Origin: Pseudomonadota bacterium
GTDB taxonomy: Bacteria; Bdellovibrionota; Bdellovibrionia; Bdellovibrionales; SG-bin7
Reading direction: 5' to 3'
Length of the DNA stretch: 15,751 nucleotides
Assembly: GCA_034439715.1 (NCBI GenBank)
Contig: JAWXAY010000041.1
Location: 1-15,751, forward strand
Shown here: positions 1-7,986 of the stretch, piece after piece
Position numbering within the stretch: the first letter of the stretch is position 1
Layout of the letters: each line of letters begins with the position of its first letter
The notes under the pieces: generated by a model
What the model saw: only the letters and a program-made list of their open reading frames with translations
Told to the model about the DNA's origin: nothing
Databases searched by the model: none
Made by a program: the position numbers and the translations under genes

Positions 1-20
1 CTAATAAAAATACATCAGGC

Positions 21-48
21 TAAAAGACTAGCAGCATGATGCCGATAG
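21..48 (+). promoter_or_regulatory. Putative sigma-28 (FliA-type) promoter
   Basis: TAAA (21-24), 16-nt spacer, GCCGATAG (41-48). Matches the FliA/SigD consensus TAAA-N15/16-GCCGATAA with one mismatch. Confidence 0.6.
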
Positions 49-126
49 AGGACAGAATCGCTGAAAAGTTAAAAGGACAGTATTCCTGGAGAACTACAGG
101 TCTCTTTCCTAGGTGTCTGAAAATCA

Positions 127-143
127 TGTCTAAAAAGTAGACA
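127..143. promoter_or_regulatory. Palindromic putative protein-binding site TGTCTA-N5-TAGACA
   Basis: Perfect 6-bp inverted repeat in the intergenic region upstream of the lipoprotein operon. Related sequences recur in other intergenic regions of the window. Confidence 0.45.
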
Positions 144-395
144 GCTGAAGAAACCAAATTCGATCATACAACTCATTGGAATAACTAAAAAAATACCTCA
201 GTGACGTTTAGACTTAAGCTCAAATTTGGCTCCTCAGCCAAGAAGACATTTTCGCCAAAACAGTAAAATCAATATTAATTCAGATACTTATCCAATTTAG
301 CACCGCTAGGCATTTCGTTGGCACGAAACTTTAAATGAATAAGGGTAGAGGAGACCGAAAACTGACAATTATTGTCAGTAGGTAGGTTATAAATT

Positions 396-1151
396 ATGAG
401 AAAAACATTATTATCAGTATTAATATTGATGAGTATCGTATCGATAGGCTGTAGCAAGAAGGCAGGATTGCCGTCTTCAGCTGGGCCCACTAATACCAAT
501 CCTCCAGTTACTCCTGGTGTGATTACCCCAGCTAACACGGTCGCCTTTACACCCACTTCGACATCTCAACTCAGTGATTTTGCTAAATGGCCTTTGAATA
601 ATCCTACTAACATTAAAATTGGCGTCGACTTAAGGGATTACGGGAATAGTCGTTACGGCGGCATCATGAAGATCTCTTATACTGAGAACGGCCAGAATGT
701 GGAGATTCGCTTAGCAACCGGCGGGTCAAATGAAGAAGTCATTCATAACACTTGGTTTGTTTTTCAGGGCAAAAGTGTCTTTCATGCTTTTTTTGAGGAT
801 GACAAACCTATTTGGGCTGATGTTTCAGGTGGCGTGATTCTAGTCATTGATAATACCAACGATTTAGGTGATGGAGCTTCTGACGCTTCAGTCAGTGGAT
901 CTGTTTGGTACGCAAACTTTCAACCGTCCCCAGCATTCGGATATGTCCCACCCCAAGCCGACAAGCGCTGTTGGTTTGTATCTTTAGGGCCCTATGATTG
1001 TCGGGCATTTTTAGTGGGAGACACTATTGTATCTACGAGCCGGCTTACTCCGGAAACTAGAACTCAGAGTGCCGAAGGATCTCAAGTCGCGCCTTACAAA
1101 AGATTAGGTACATTTACTAACTTAAATATGAACGCAGCCTTTAATTACTAG
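396..1151 (+). CDS. Hypothetical lipoprotein (251 aa)
   Basis: Basic N-terminus, hydrophobic stretch and lipobox SIGC, then a Pro/Thr-rich linker and a beta-rich domain with a Cys pair (CWFVSLGPYDC). First of three closely spaced genes. Confidence 0.85.
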   Translation: MRKTLLSVLILMSIVSIGCSKKAGLPSSAGPTNTNPPVTPGVITPANTVAFTPTSTSQLSDFAKWPLNNPTNIKIGVDLRDYGNSRYGGIMKISYTENGQNVEIRLATGGSNEEVIHNTWFVFQGKSVFHAFFEDDKPIWADVSGGVILVIDNTNDLGDGASDASVSGSVWYANFQPSPAFGYVPPQADKRCWFVSLGPYDCRAFLVGDTIVSTSRLTPETRTQSAEGSQVAPYKRLGTFTNLNMNAAFNY

Positions 1152-1160
1152 GAGATTGTT

Positions 1161-1868
1161 ATGAACGCTCACAAACATCAGACCGCCTGGAGAACTCTAA
1201 AATTTGGAGTTTCATTTTTATTGCTGGCTTCAACCTTTGGCTTTACCGCCTGTGGTAAGAAAAATAGCGGAGGCTCTCAGGCACAATACAATCCTCTGAT
1301 TGGTCCTGCCAATCAGTGCTCGGGTGGGTATTGTTATGGAGCTGCGAGTGGGCAACAAATAGCGAATTCTCTAGGCCGTATGCAGTATGACGATAGTCTC
1401 GACGATTCGGATCGGCCCTTAAACAACAATCGCTTGATGGAGCTTTCACTCAAAGTAAATATTCTACAGAACTCGCAAGGCGCGAATTCGTGGGGCACTG
1501 GTTACATGAACCCCTACAATCCCGTTCCAAGCTCACTAGGTGGAAGAGATCTCTTACACATTTACAGCGGTCCTGTGCAAGTGACGGGCTCACTTCAAGT
1601 ATTAAGTCAGATAACTGGCTGTAACATTCCGGTAGGAAACTTTCCGATACAGCCTATTACGATGGGCTCAGTCTCAAGTTCCTATATTTGGCAATCCTTG
1701 GTGGCCAACACTCCAAATGGTCCAACGACTATTGACCTCGAGGGAGTGCAAATTGTCGGAATGCCGGCAAGAAGTATGGTCAATAACACTGCTGTAGCAT
1801 TTGATTCCTTTTTGTTTGGTGCAGTTTTAATTCGCGAATGTAATAACGCTAGCTTTAAAATGGAGTAA
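1161..1868 (+). CDS. Hypothetical lipoprotein (235 aa)
   Basis: AGGAG RBS overlapping the upstream stop. Signal peptide with lipobox FTAC, then a Gly/Asn-rich linker. Confidence 0.85.
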   Translation: MNAHKHQTAWRTLKFGVSFLLLASTFGFTACGKKNSGGSQAQYNPLIGPANQCSGGYCYGAASGQQIANSLGRMQYDDSLDDSDRPLNNNRLMELSLKVNILQNSQGANSWGTGYMNPYNPVPSSLGGRDLLHIYSGPVQVTGSLQVLSQITGCNIPVGNFPIQPITMGSVSSSYIWQSLVANTPNGPTTIDLEGVQIVGMPARSMVNNTAVAFDSFLFGAVLIRECNNASFKME

Positions 1869-1876
1869 TTGAATTA

Positions 1877-2545
1877 ATGAAGGTACTTCGTGTTGGTTTT
1901 ATCTTTCTAGGTTTGGCCCTGACTGGCTGTTCTCAGCATTGGCGTGATGCCGATCCTGGTATAGACAGTGCTGAAGTTGACGCTTTACTCACTGAATCTT
2001 TACAGGCCGTAACAGCACAAGCGAGCATTATTCCTCAAGAAGATGCTGAACGCTTTCAGGCCCTCGTTGCAGACCCTAATACAACAATTTATTTTGCCGA
2101 GTCCAATGCTGAGATGGGTGAGCCTAAAAATCTCGTGCCATTTTTGGATTGGCGATTTCTCGGAGACCAGGCTATTTCACAAAATGGTGGTGAGGTTTTT
2201 TCTGATCAAATTACTTATGCCCGAGTTTTTTTTCTAGACTTAGCTTACGAAGGTAGCAGTAGCGAAAACGCTATTTTATTCGATATTCAAGTTGGTGAGC
2301 GCCGCGTGGTGAAGATATTTTTTAACGATCAATTAACCACTAACTCAGAACGATCCTTTATTGATAATGGTGAATTTGTAAGCCAAATGGCATCCTCTGA
2401 TGGTGCTCAGCTGGTCATTAGAAGCTTTGACGTGTCTAGCGATGCACTACAAAGCGTTATTCAGCTAGAAGTTTACGATTTCAGTGAAAACGGTGAAGAG
2501 TCATTCACCGGAAAAATCACGACGCTAGTAGCTTTCGGTAATTAG
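1877..2545 (+). CDS. Hypothetical acidic lipoprotein (222 aa)
   Basis: Signal peptide with canonical lipobox LTGC, starting 8 nt after the previous stop. Mature region is Asp/Glu-rich. Confidence 0.85.
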   Translation: MKVLRVGFIFLGLALTGCSQHWRDADPGIDSAEVDALLTESLQAVTAQASIIPQEDAERFQALVADPNTTIYFAESNAEMGEPKNLVPFLDWRFLGDQAISQNGGEVFSDQITYARVFFLDLAYEGSSSENAILFDIQVGERRVVKIFFNDQLTTNSERSFIDNGEFVSQMASSDGAQLVIRSFDVSSDALQSVIQLEVYDFSENGEESFTGKITTLVAFGN

Positions 2546-2586
2546 TAGACCTTGCTTTTTTTGAAATATCTGCAACATTCTACTTT

Positions 2587-3474
2587 ATGAGTCTAGACTT
2601 GTGGGTCGATTTTTTTGAGGATCTACAGAATGTGCGGGGCCGGAGTCGCAACACGGTACTGGCCTATCGCCGCGATCTTGAACTCTATGAAAAATTTCTA
2701 GAAACTTCGAAAGACATTCAAGAGTTCTATGGCTTCATGGAAAAACAAAAACTGAGTTCTCGTTCTCAGGCACGAATAATTTCTAGCCTACGCACCTATT
2801 TTAAATACTGTGATAAACGAGGAACTAAAGTTCCGGACCTCAAAAAGGTCACACCGCCACAAGTGAAAGTGGGGCTCCCCAAAGTATTAACGCCTGATCA
2901 ATTTGAAAAACTTTTTGAGGCAGCTCGAGTCGATAATAACTTTCGCACGGCTCGAAACCAAGTGACGCTGTTGCTATTGTTTGGTGTTGGTTGTCGAGTT
3001 TCTGAACTGATTGGGCTCAATGTTAATGACTTTAATGAAACAGAGGGGTGGGTATGTTTATCCGGCAAAGGTGGTAAACAAAGAATTGTACCCTTGGCCG
3101 AAAAACTTGTGAAAGAATTAAAAGACTATTTAAGGCTAGTAAGACCAAGTTTGCTGAGCGCCGATACTCCCGTTAATTCTATATTAATAAATGATAAGAC
3201 CAAACGGCCGAGTCGCGTTGATATTTGGCGCTGGTTAGCTGCTTGGTCAGCACGGGCCGGATTTGCTAAACCCATTAGTCCTCATAAATTTCGCCATGGA
3301 TGTGCAACCGCACTGCTTGATGCTGGGGCCGATTTGCGCTCGATTCAAATGTTGCTCGGGCACTCAAGTATACAAAGCACTCAGATTTATACTAGTGTGA
3401 CAACCAAAAACCTAGTTGAAGCGGTGGACACCCATCACCCCTTTTCTCAAATAAAACCCAAAGATCACAATTAG
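2587..3474 (+). CDS. xerD: Site-specific tyrosine recombinase, XerC/XerD family (most like XerD)
   Basis: N-terminal SAM-like region (RGRSRNTVLAYRRDL). Catalytic motifs GCRVSEL, GKGGKQRIVP, SPHKFRHGCATALLDAGADLRSIQMLLGH and STQIYT. The 295-aa length is typical of XerC/D; XerC versus XerD cannot be settled by eye. Confidence 0.88.
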   Translation: MSLDLWVDFFEDLQNVRGRSRNTVLAYRRDLELYEKFLETSKDIQEFYGFMEKQKLSSRSQARIISSLRTYFKYCDKRGTKVPDLKKVTPPQVKVGLPKVLTPDQFEKLFEAARVDNNFRTARNQVTLLLLFGVGCRVSELIGLNVNDFNETEGWVCLSGKGGKQRIVPLAEKLVKELKDYLRLVRPSLLSADTPVNSILINDKTKRPSRVDIWRWLAAWSARAGFAKPISPHKFRHGCATALLDAGADLRSIQMLLGHSSIQSTQIYTSVTTKNLVEAVDTHHPFSQIKPKDHN

Positions 3475-3575
3475 CCGAACGCAGGATTTTTTATCCGGAG
3501 ATGAGTCCTAGACAGCATCAACTGGCGTTTTCCGCGAGCGCTGCCTTGGCCCTTGGATTGTATATTATAAAAACT

Positions 3576-5003
3576 ATGATCATTAAATCCTTCGCCAAAC
3601 AAGGTCAAAAATTTTTACCAATTGAAGTTGAAGTTAAATTAGTGCCCGGTCTGCCAAGTATTCAGATCGTGGGGCTTCCGGATACTACAATAAAAGAAAG
3701 TGCGGTGCGAATTCGTTCGGCTATTAAAAATTGCCATTATCGCTTTCCGAGAGCCCAAACAATTGTTGTTAATCTTCATCCTGTGGGAATTAAAAAATCG
3801 GGCACGGGGTTAGACTTGGCCATTGCCTTTGCCTATTTAATTGAGAGCGGCCAAGTCGACTGGCCACCTTCGTTTTCTAAAGAATGTTTTTTTTATGGGG
3901 CGCTTGATTTGTCAGGAAATATTATTAGCCCGGATGAATTATCTCAAGGTCTGGTGGATTCAGAGAAGACTGTTGTGACAGGAGTAAACAAATGTAACTA
4001 TCAGTTTGAGTCCATACGTTTAAAAAGTCTGGCGGACATTTCTGGTGGAGAAGAAAGGCTGGCAGACAGCCCGTTTAAGGATTTCGCGCGACCCCACCTA
4101 CCAAAACTGAAATTTTCTTCCATTCAAGCGAGACTCTTAAGTGTTATCTCATTGGGTGAGCATCCCTGTCTCTTGGCGGGGCCCTCGGGCCAAGGTAAGA
4201 CCACGATGGCACAAGAAATTATAAACATTTTGCGGCGACCCGGTAGCGAAGAGCTTAAGGAATTTTCAAAAGTTTGGCGACAATTTGGTAGTATACCTAG
4301 TTGGCGACCAATGGTCTCACCTCACCATACTATCCCCACTATTTCGATGATTGGCGGTGGATGTCCCATTCGCCCCGGAGAAATCACAAGAGCCCATGGC
4401 GGCGTTCTTTTAATGGATGAATTTTTTGAGTTTAATCAAAAGGTATTCGAATCGCTGCGAGAGCCGGTTGAAAAGGGTGAACTTCAGATTGCCAGGATGG
4501 GGTTAAGCGAAACTTTTGCTGCAAAGGTATTATTGGTGGCGACGTCTAATCTGTGCCCGTGTGGCGAGTTTGTTCCTATTCGGGGGCATAAGTGCCGCTG
4601 TTCAAACCGTCGCCGCGAAACTTATTTTGAAAGATTTCGTGGTCCTATGTTAGATCGCTTTGCGATTTTTTCAATGAGTAGCGAGTGGTCAAGCAACAAA
4701 GAGGTAGCTCTTATAGACATACTTAGCGGCATCGAGAAGGCCCAGGAGTTTATCAGGCAAAGTCGCCAGCAGACAGAAACCAACCATTGGGCCTCGGATT
4801 TGATTGATATTAGCCAGCCCTTAGAAAAGTTTTTACCCTACTTAGGTTCTTCGCGGCGAAGGCGAAAGTATTTATTTCAAGTGGCTCGTTCTGTTGCCGA
4901 CTTGGAGGGAAGTGAGAATATTAAGCTTCCCCATATAGAAGAGGCTGCAGAATATTGCCTTTTTTCTCACCAAAGGCTTACGTCGCAACTCAGCCTTTAT
5001 TAA
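3576..5003 (+). CDS. comM: ComM/YifB-family Mg-chelatase-like AAA+ ATPase
   Basis: VGLPDTTIKESAVRIRSAI, VNLHP..KK.GTGLDLAIA, Walker A GPSGQGKT, SPHHT, GGG.PIRPGEITRAHGGVLLMDEF, Zn motif CPCG..CRCS and GPMLDRF. Start moved from 3501 to ATG 3576, where family-like sequence begins. Confidence 0.9.
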   Translation: MIIKSFAKQGQKFLPIEVEVKLVPGLPSIQIVGLPDTTIKESAVRIRSAIKNCHYRFPRAQTIVVNLHPVGIKKSGTGLDLAIAFAYLIESGQVDWPPSFSKECFFYGALDLSGNIISPDELSQGLVDSEKTVVTGVNKCNYQFESIRLKSLADISGGEERLADSPFKDFARPHLPKLKFSSIQARLLSVISLGEHPCLLAGPSGQGKTTMAQEIINILRRPGSEELKEFSKVWRQFGSIPSWRPMVSPHHTIPTISMIGGGCPIRPGEITRAHGGVLLMDEFFEFNQKVFESLREPVEKGELQIARMGLSETFAAKVLLVATSNLCPCGEFVPIRGHKCRCSNRRRETYFERFRGPMLDRFAIFSMSSEWSSNKEVALIDILSGIEKAQEFIRQSRQQTETNHWASDLIDISQPLEKFLPYLGSSRRRRKYLFQVARSVADLEGSENIKLPHIEEAAEYCLFSHQRLTSQLSLY

Positions 5004-5032
5004 TTGATATTTTATTGGTTATCCTTTAAATT
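5004..5032 (+). promoter_or_regulatory. Putative sigma-70 promoter of tRNA-Cys
   Basis: TTGATA (5004-5009), 17-nt spacer, TAAATT (5027-5032), ending 13 nt before the tRNA. Confidence 0.55.
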
Positions 5033-5045
5033 ACCGGGTTCGTTT

Positions 5046-5119
5046 GGTGACATGGCCGAATAGTTAGGCAGCGCTCTGCAAAAGCGTCCATCCCGGTGCG
5101 ATTCCGGGTGTCACCTCCA
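5046..5119 (+). tRNA. tRNA-Cys (anticodon GCA)
   Basis: Acceptor stem GGTGACA/TGTCACC, D stem GCC/GGC, anticodon stem GCGCT/AGCGT with loop CT-GCA-AA (GCA at 5078-5080), T stem CCCGG/CCGGG. Discriminator U73 (Cys identity element) and encoded CCA; 74 nt. Confidence 0.96.
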
Positions 5120-5194
5120 AACTCCCTCTGGTCAAATCTAAACTTGCTGATTTTTCGATAAACTCCGCGGGTCAAAAAGCAGCTGGTTTTCGCT
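5119..5194 (+). repeat. Degenerate tandem duplication directly after the tRNA
   Basis: aaactcc-ctct-ggtcaaa...gctgatttttcg (from 5119) versus aaactcc-gcg-ggtcaaa...gctggttttcg (from 5160). Confidence 0.5.
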
Positions 5195-5372
5195 TAGTTT
5201 TGGTAAAATCCGTCAATGAGTTGGCGTCCAACTTATATACAGGCGTCAATAACTCACTGGCGTTATCTCATAAAACTAATTAAGCTGAGTATAGGAATTG
5301 CAATTGATAACGGTACTTAATATTAATTAGGGCGATCTAGAAACGACTCAAAATGATCCAGAGGGGTGACAG

Positions 5373-6293
5373 GTGAATAAATCACTTAAAATAACAACTT
5401 CTTTATTGGGCCTGACAGTTTTCCTTATATTGTGTTTTGAAAACTGTGCTGAAAGGCGTTTAGTCTTAAGTGAAAATGTTACCGCGCAGGAAAGTAACGT
5501 CGAAATTCCAAAAGTGTTTATATCTGCAAACTCAACCACAGTTGCCCCAAACGCTTCAACGACTCTCAATTGGTCAACAGAAAACGTAATTTCTTGCTTA
5601 GCCCTAGGTGACTGGAGTGGAGCTAGAGGCACTTCAGGAAGCGAAAGTACCCCAAATATAACGGCTAGTAAGCTCTATGGTTTGACATGTACTGGACCGA
5701 ACGGCAGTGCCACTGAATCTGTTGTTGTGAGTATTGCAGGCGCGCAACCTACGGCGGTTCCCAATATTATTTTTGCTGCGAGTCCTTCTCCCATTGTCTA
5801 TGGCTCTAATACGAGGCTTACCTGGTCCTCTGTAAATGCAACTTTGTGTACAAATCTTTCGACGGGAGTTGTGGGTTTTGGCCAGGGCTCATCAATTGGA
5901 CTTTCTGGATCTGCTAATACTGAAAACCTCATCGCTTCAAAGGAATTTAGAATTAGGTGCACTGGTGCTGGTGGCGCGTTAGAAGCTTCAGCACTGGTAA
6001 CCGTAACCCCACCTTTGGTTATCAGACAGACGGCAACTTGTACCGCTTCACAGAGTAACTTTGGTACGGTGACCGGGTCGGCGACTAGAGATATTGTTAA
6101 CAGCGTACCTCAGAATTTTACAACGCGGGTAACTGCCAGAAATGCTATTTCAGGTCTTACCAGCTCTGGGTCCGGCGTGTTATCGGCAAGTACAGCCGTG
6201 GGAGTTTTTAGTCGCGCGCCTTCAGTTGCCAGACAAGATGCGGCGGGGGTAAATGTACCTGACCTCGGTGGTTGTATTGGTCTTTGGAGGTAA
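5373..6293 (+). CDS. Lipoprotein with two Ig/PKD-like beta repeats (306 aa)
   Basis: GTG start with GAGGGG RBS and lipobox-like FENC (Cys25). Two repeats of about 80 aa with pattern TxLxWSxxNxxxC...SGS...ASKx[YF]xxxCTGxxG (about 5508-5735 and 5760-6008). Ser/Thr/Gly-rich C-terminal domain. Confidence 0.82.
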   Translation: MNKSLKITTSLLGLTVFLILCFENCAERRLVLSENVTAQESNVEIPKVFISANSTTVAPNASTTLNWSTENVISCLALGDWSGARGTSGSESTPNITASKLYGLTCTGPNGSATESVVVSIAGAQPTAVPNIIFAASPSPIVYGSNTRLTWSSVNATLCTNLSTGVVGFGQGSSIGLSGSANTENLIASKEFRIRCTGAGGALEASALVTVTPPLVIRQTATCTASQSNFGTVTGSATRDIVNSVPQNFTTRVTARNAISGLTSSGSGVLSASTAVGVFSRAPSVARQDAAGVNVPDLGGCIGLWR

Positions 6294-6320
6294 GCTACAT
6301 TAATTAGGACGAATCGGTTT

Positions 6321-6345
6321 AGGCCACCAAGTGGCCTTTTAGTTA
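6321..6345 (+). terminator. Rho-independent terminator
   Basis: AGGCCAC-CAA-GTGGCCT hairpin followed by TTTAGTTAATTTTT, 27 nt after the stop at 6293. Confidence 0.7.
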
Positions 6346-6392
6346 ATTTTTCCATTGCCTCTGCCCCGCTAATTGGCTCAAAATGAGTGGGC

Positions 6393-6965
6393 ATGTCTAC
6401 AGAATCAACTATCGCGAAAGATCTAATGGCAAAAGTTTTACGTAATGATACTAAGGCCTTTGCAGAGCTTTATGATCGCTATAGCCGTGTTGTCTACAGC
6501 GTGATTGTTAATATTGTTAGAGCCCCTGCCGAAGCCGAGGAAATTTTACAGGAGGTTTTTGTTACTCTGTGGAACAAGCGTAAAGAATACGATTTTAGTA
6601 AAAGTAGCCCAGTAACTTGGATGATAGCTATGGCACGTAATCGCGCAATTGATAAATTAAGATCTAATGAATTTAGGGGGACGATGCGTTCGACGTCCAT
6701 TGATAACTCCCCAGCGCTCAGTCATCTGCAAATGGCCGGCGACAACCCCTTAGATGAAGCTCTGCTTGAAGAAAGACAAAAGGTCGTGCAAGCCGCACTT
6801 CATGCGCTACCACAAGATCAGCAAACCGTTATTCGTATAGCCTATTTTGAGGGGCTATCACAAAGTGAAATTGCGGAGCGCTACTCGATTCCACTCGGCA
6901 CAGTTAAAACCCGCATGCGCCTCGGCATGAAAAAACTTTATGAAATACTAAAGGAGGCGGCATGA
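6393..6965 (+). CDS. ECF RNA polymerase sigma factor (SigK-like)
   Basis: Region 2 AFAELYDRY...AEEILQEVFVTLW...WMIAMARNRAIDKLR and region 4 LPQDQQTVIRIAYFEGLSQSEIAERYSIPLGTVKTRMRLGM. Start is ATG 6393 or GTG 6387. Confidence 0.93.
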   Translation: MSTESTIAKDLMAKVLRNDTKAFAELYDRYSRVVYSVIVNIVRAPAEAEEILQEVFVTLWNKRKEYDFSKSSPVTWMIAMARNRAIDKLRSNEFRGTMRSTSIDNSPALSHLQMAGDNPLDEALLEERQKVVQAALHALPQDQQTVIRIAYFEGLSQSEIAERYSIPLGTVKTRMRLGMKKLYEILKEAA

Positions 6966-7882
6966 TTGATCAGGAACAATTTGAAGAAATTTGCGCCGCC
7001 TATTGCCTAGGAATTCTGAATACGGATGACCGCCTGAATTTTGAAAAAATATTGGCGACGGCCACGCCTGAACAGCGCCAGGCTATTGATGCTTTGATGT
7101 TAGCAGCTCGCCACCTTCCTGTAAGTGGAAAGTTGGTAGCGCCAGCGCCCGCGGTGAAAGAGCGGATTATGAACCAAATTGGAGCGAACAAGAAAATAAA
7201 TAATACTTCCCTCATCGAAAAAATTTATTTTGCCCTCAAGTTCGATCAACCTGTCGTGACTTTTGGTATGGCTTTGATTTTAATAGTTTCTACAAGCGTT
7301 TTGTATTTCCGTCAGATTGACCTCAGCGGAAGTGTGAGCGATTTTGAGCAAAAGTTATCGCAACTACAGCAAGAGTTAAAGACGCAAACAGAGGAGCTTA
7401 GTGAGTCAAAGTTAAAGCTCACCGAATTAGAAAACAAGTCGGCTGAAAATGCGCAGGCGTTAGCAGACAAAGATAAGGAACTCAGTGGTCTCAAACTCGC
7501 AAGTGCTCAAAACCAAGAGTTTATCAAACTAATGCAAGCCCCTGACTTAAAAGTGACCGACATTAAAGGCTTAAAACCCACTCCTAAAGGACGTGGCAAG
7601 GTCATGTACTCATCGAATTTAAAACTAGCTTATATTCAGCTTTCAAACCTGCCGCCTGCACCAACAAATAAGGATTATCAGTTATGGATGATGGACGGTA
7701 AAAAGGCCGTCAGTGCTGGTGTTTTGAGTTTGGCCAGCGATCAATCGTCGATACTAAAGGTCACCACCGGTCTAGTTGTAGAAGTTAAGCGCCTGTCCGC
7801 TTTTGTCATTACCTTGGAGCAAAAAGGGGGAGTCCCAAGTGCCAAAGGGCCCATGGTTATGCTCGGGAATGTAAAGATTTAG
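6962..7882 (+). CDS. Anti-sigma factor, RskA (anti-sigma-K) type
   Basis: ATGA overlap with the sigma gene. N-terminal AAYCLGIL and PAPAVKERIM, one TM helix (VVTFGMALILIVSTSVLYF) and a coiled coil. C-terminal LPPAPTNKDYQLW...SAGVL...AFVITLEQKGGVPSAKGP is typical of RskA. Confidence 0.9.
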   Translation: MIDQEQFEEICAAYCLGILNTDDRLNFEKILATATPEQRQAIDALMLAARHLPVSGKLVAPAPAVKERIMNQIGANKKINNTSLIEKIYFALKFDQPVVTFGMALILIVSTSVLYFRQIDLSGSVSDFEQKLSQLQQELKTQTEELSESKLKLTELENKSAENAQALADKDKELSGLKLASAQNQEFIKLMQAPDLKVTDIKGLKPTPKGRGKVMYSSNLKLAYIQLSNLPPAPTNKDYQLWMMDGKKAVSAGVLSLASDQSSILKVTTGLVVEVKRLSAFVITLEQKGGVPSAKGPMVMLGNVKI

Positions 7883-7986
7883 AAAAATTTTCTCAAATAT
7901 ATATTTGGCACGGCGAGAGTTTTAAATGGCTTCGCAGCTCAAATAATCCCAAACGTAGCCATCTTTATAGATTTACTCGGTGCAAC

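Noticed and set aside
2587..3474. Tyrosine recombinase as a phage or island integrase targeting tRNA-Cys
   Set aside because: Length and motifs fit housekeeping XerC/D, there is no arm-binding extension, it lies on the 5' side of the tRNA beyond comM, and no att duplication was seen.
3501..3575. N-terminal extension of the ComM ORF
   Set aside because: Family-like sequence begins only at ATG 3576, and the extension looks like promoter DNA.
3548..3575. dif-like site downstream of xerD (central TGTATA plus TTATAAAAACT)
   Set aside because: The right arm matches E. coli dif at only 7/11 and the left arm at 4/11; better explained as an AT-rich promoter.
5119..5270. CRISPR array or mini-array
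   Set aside because: Repeats are short and degenerate, with no constant repeat-spacer pattern and no cas genes in the window.
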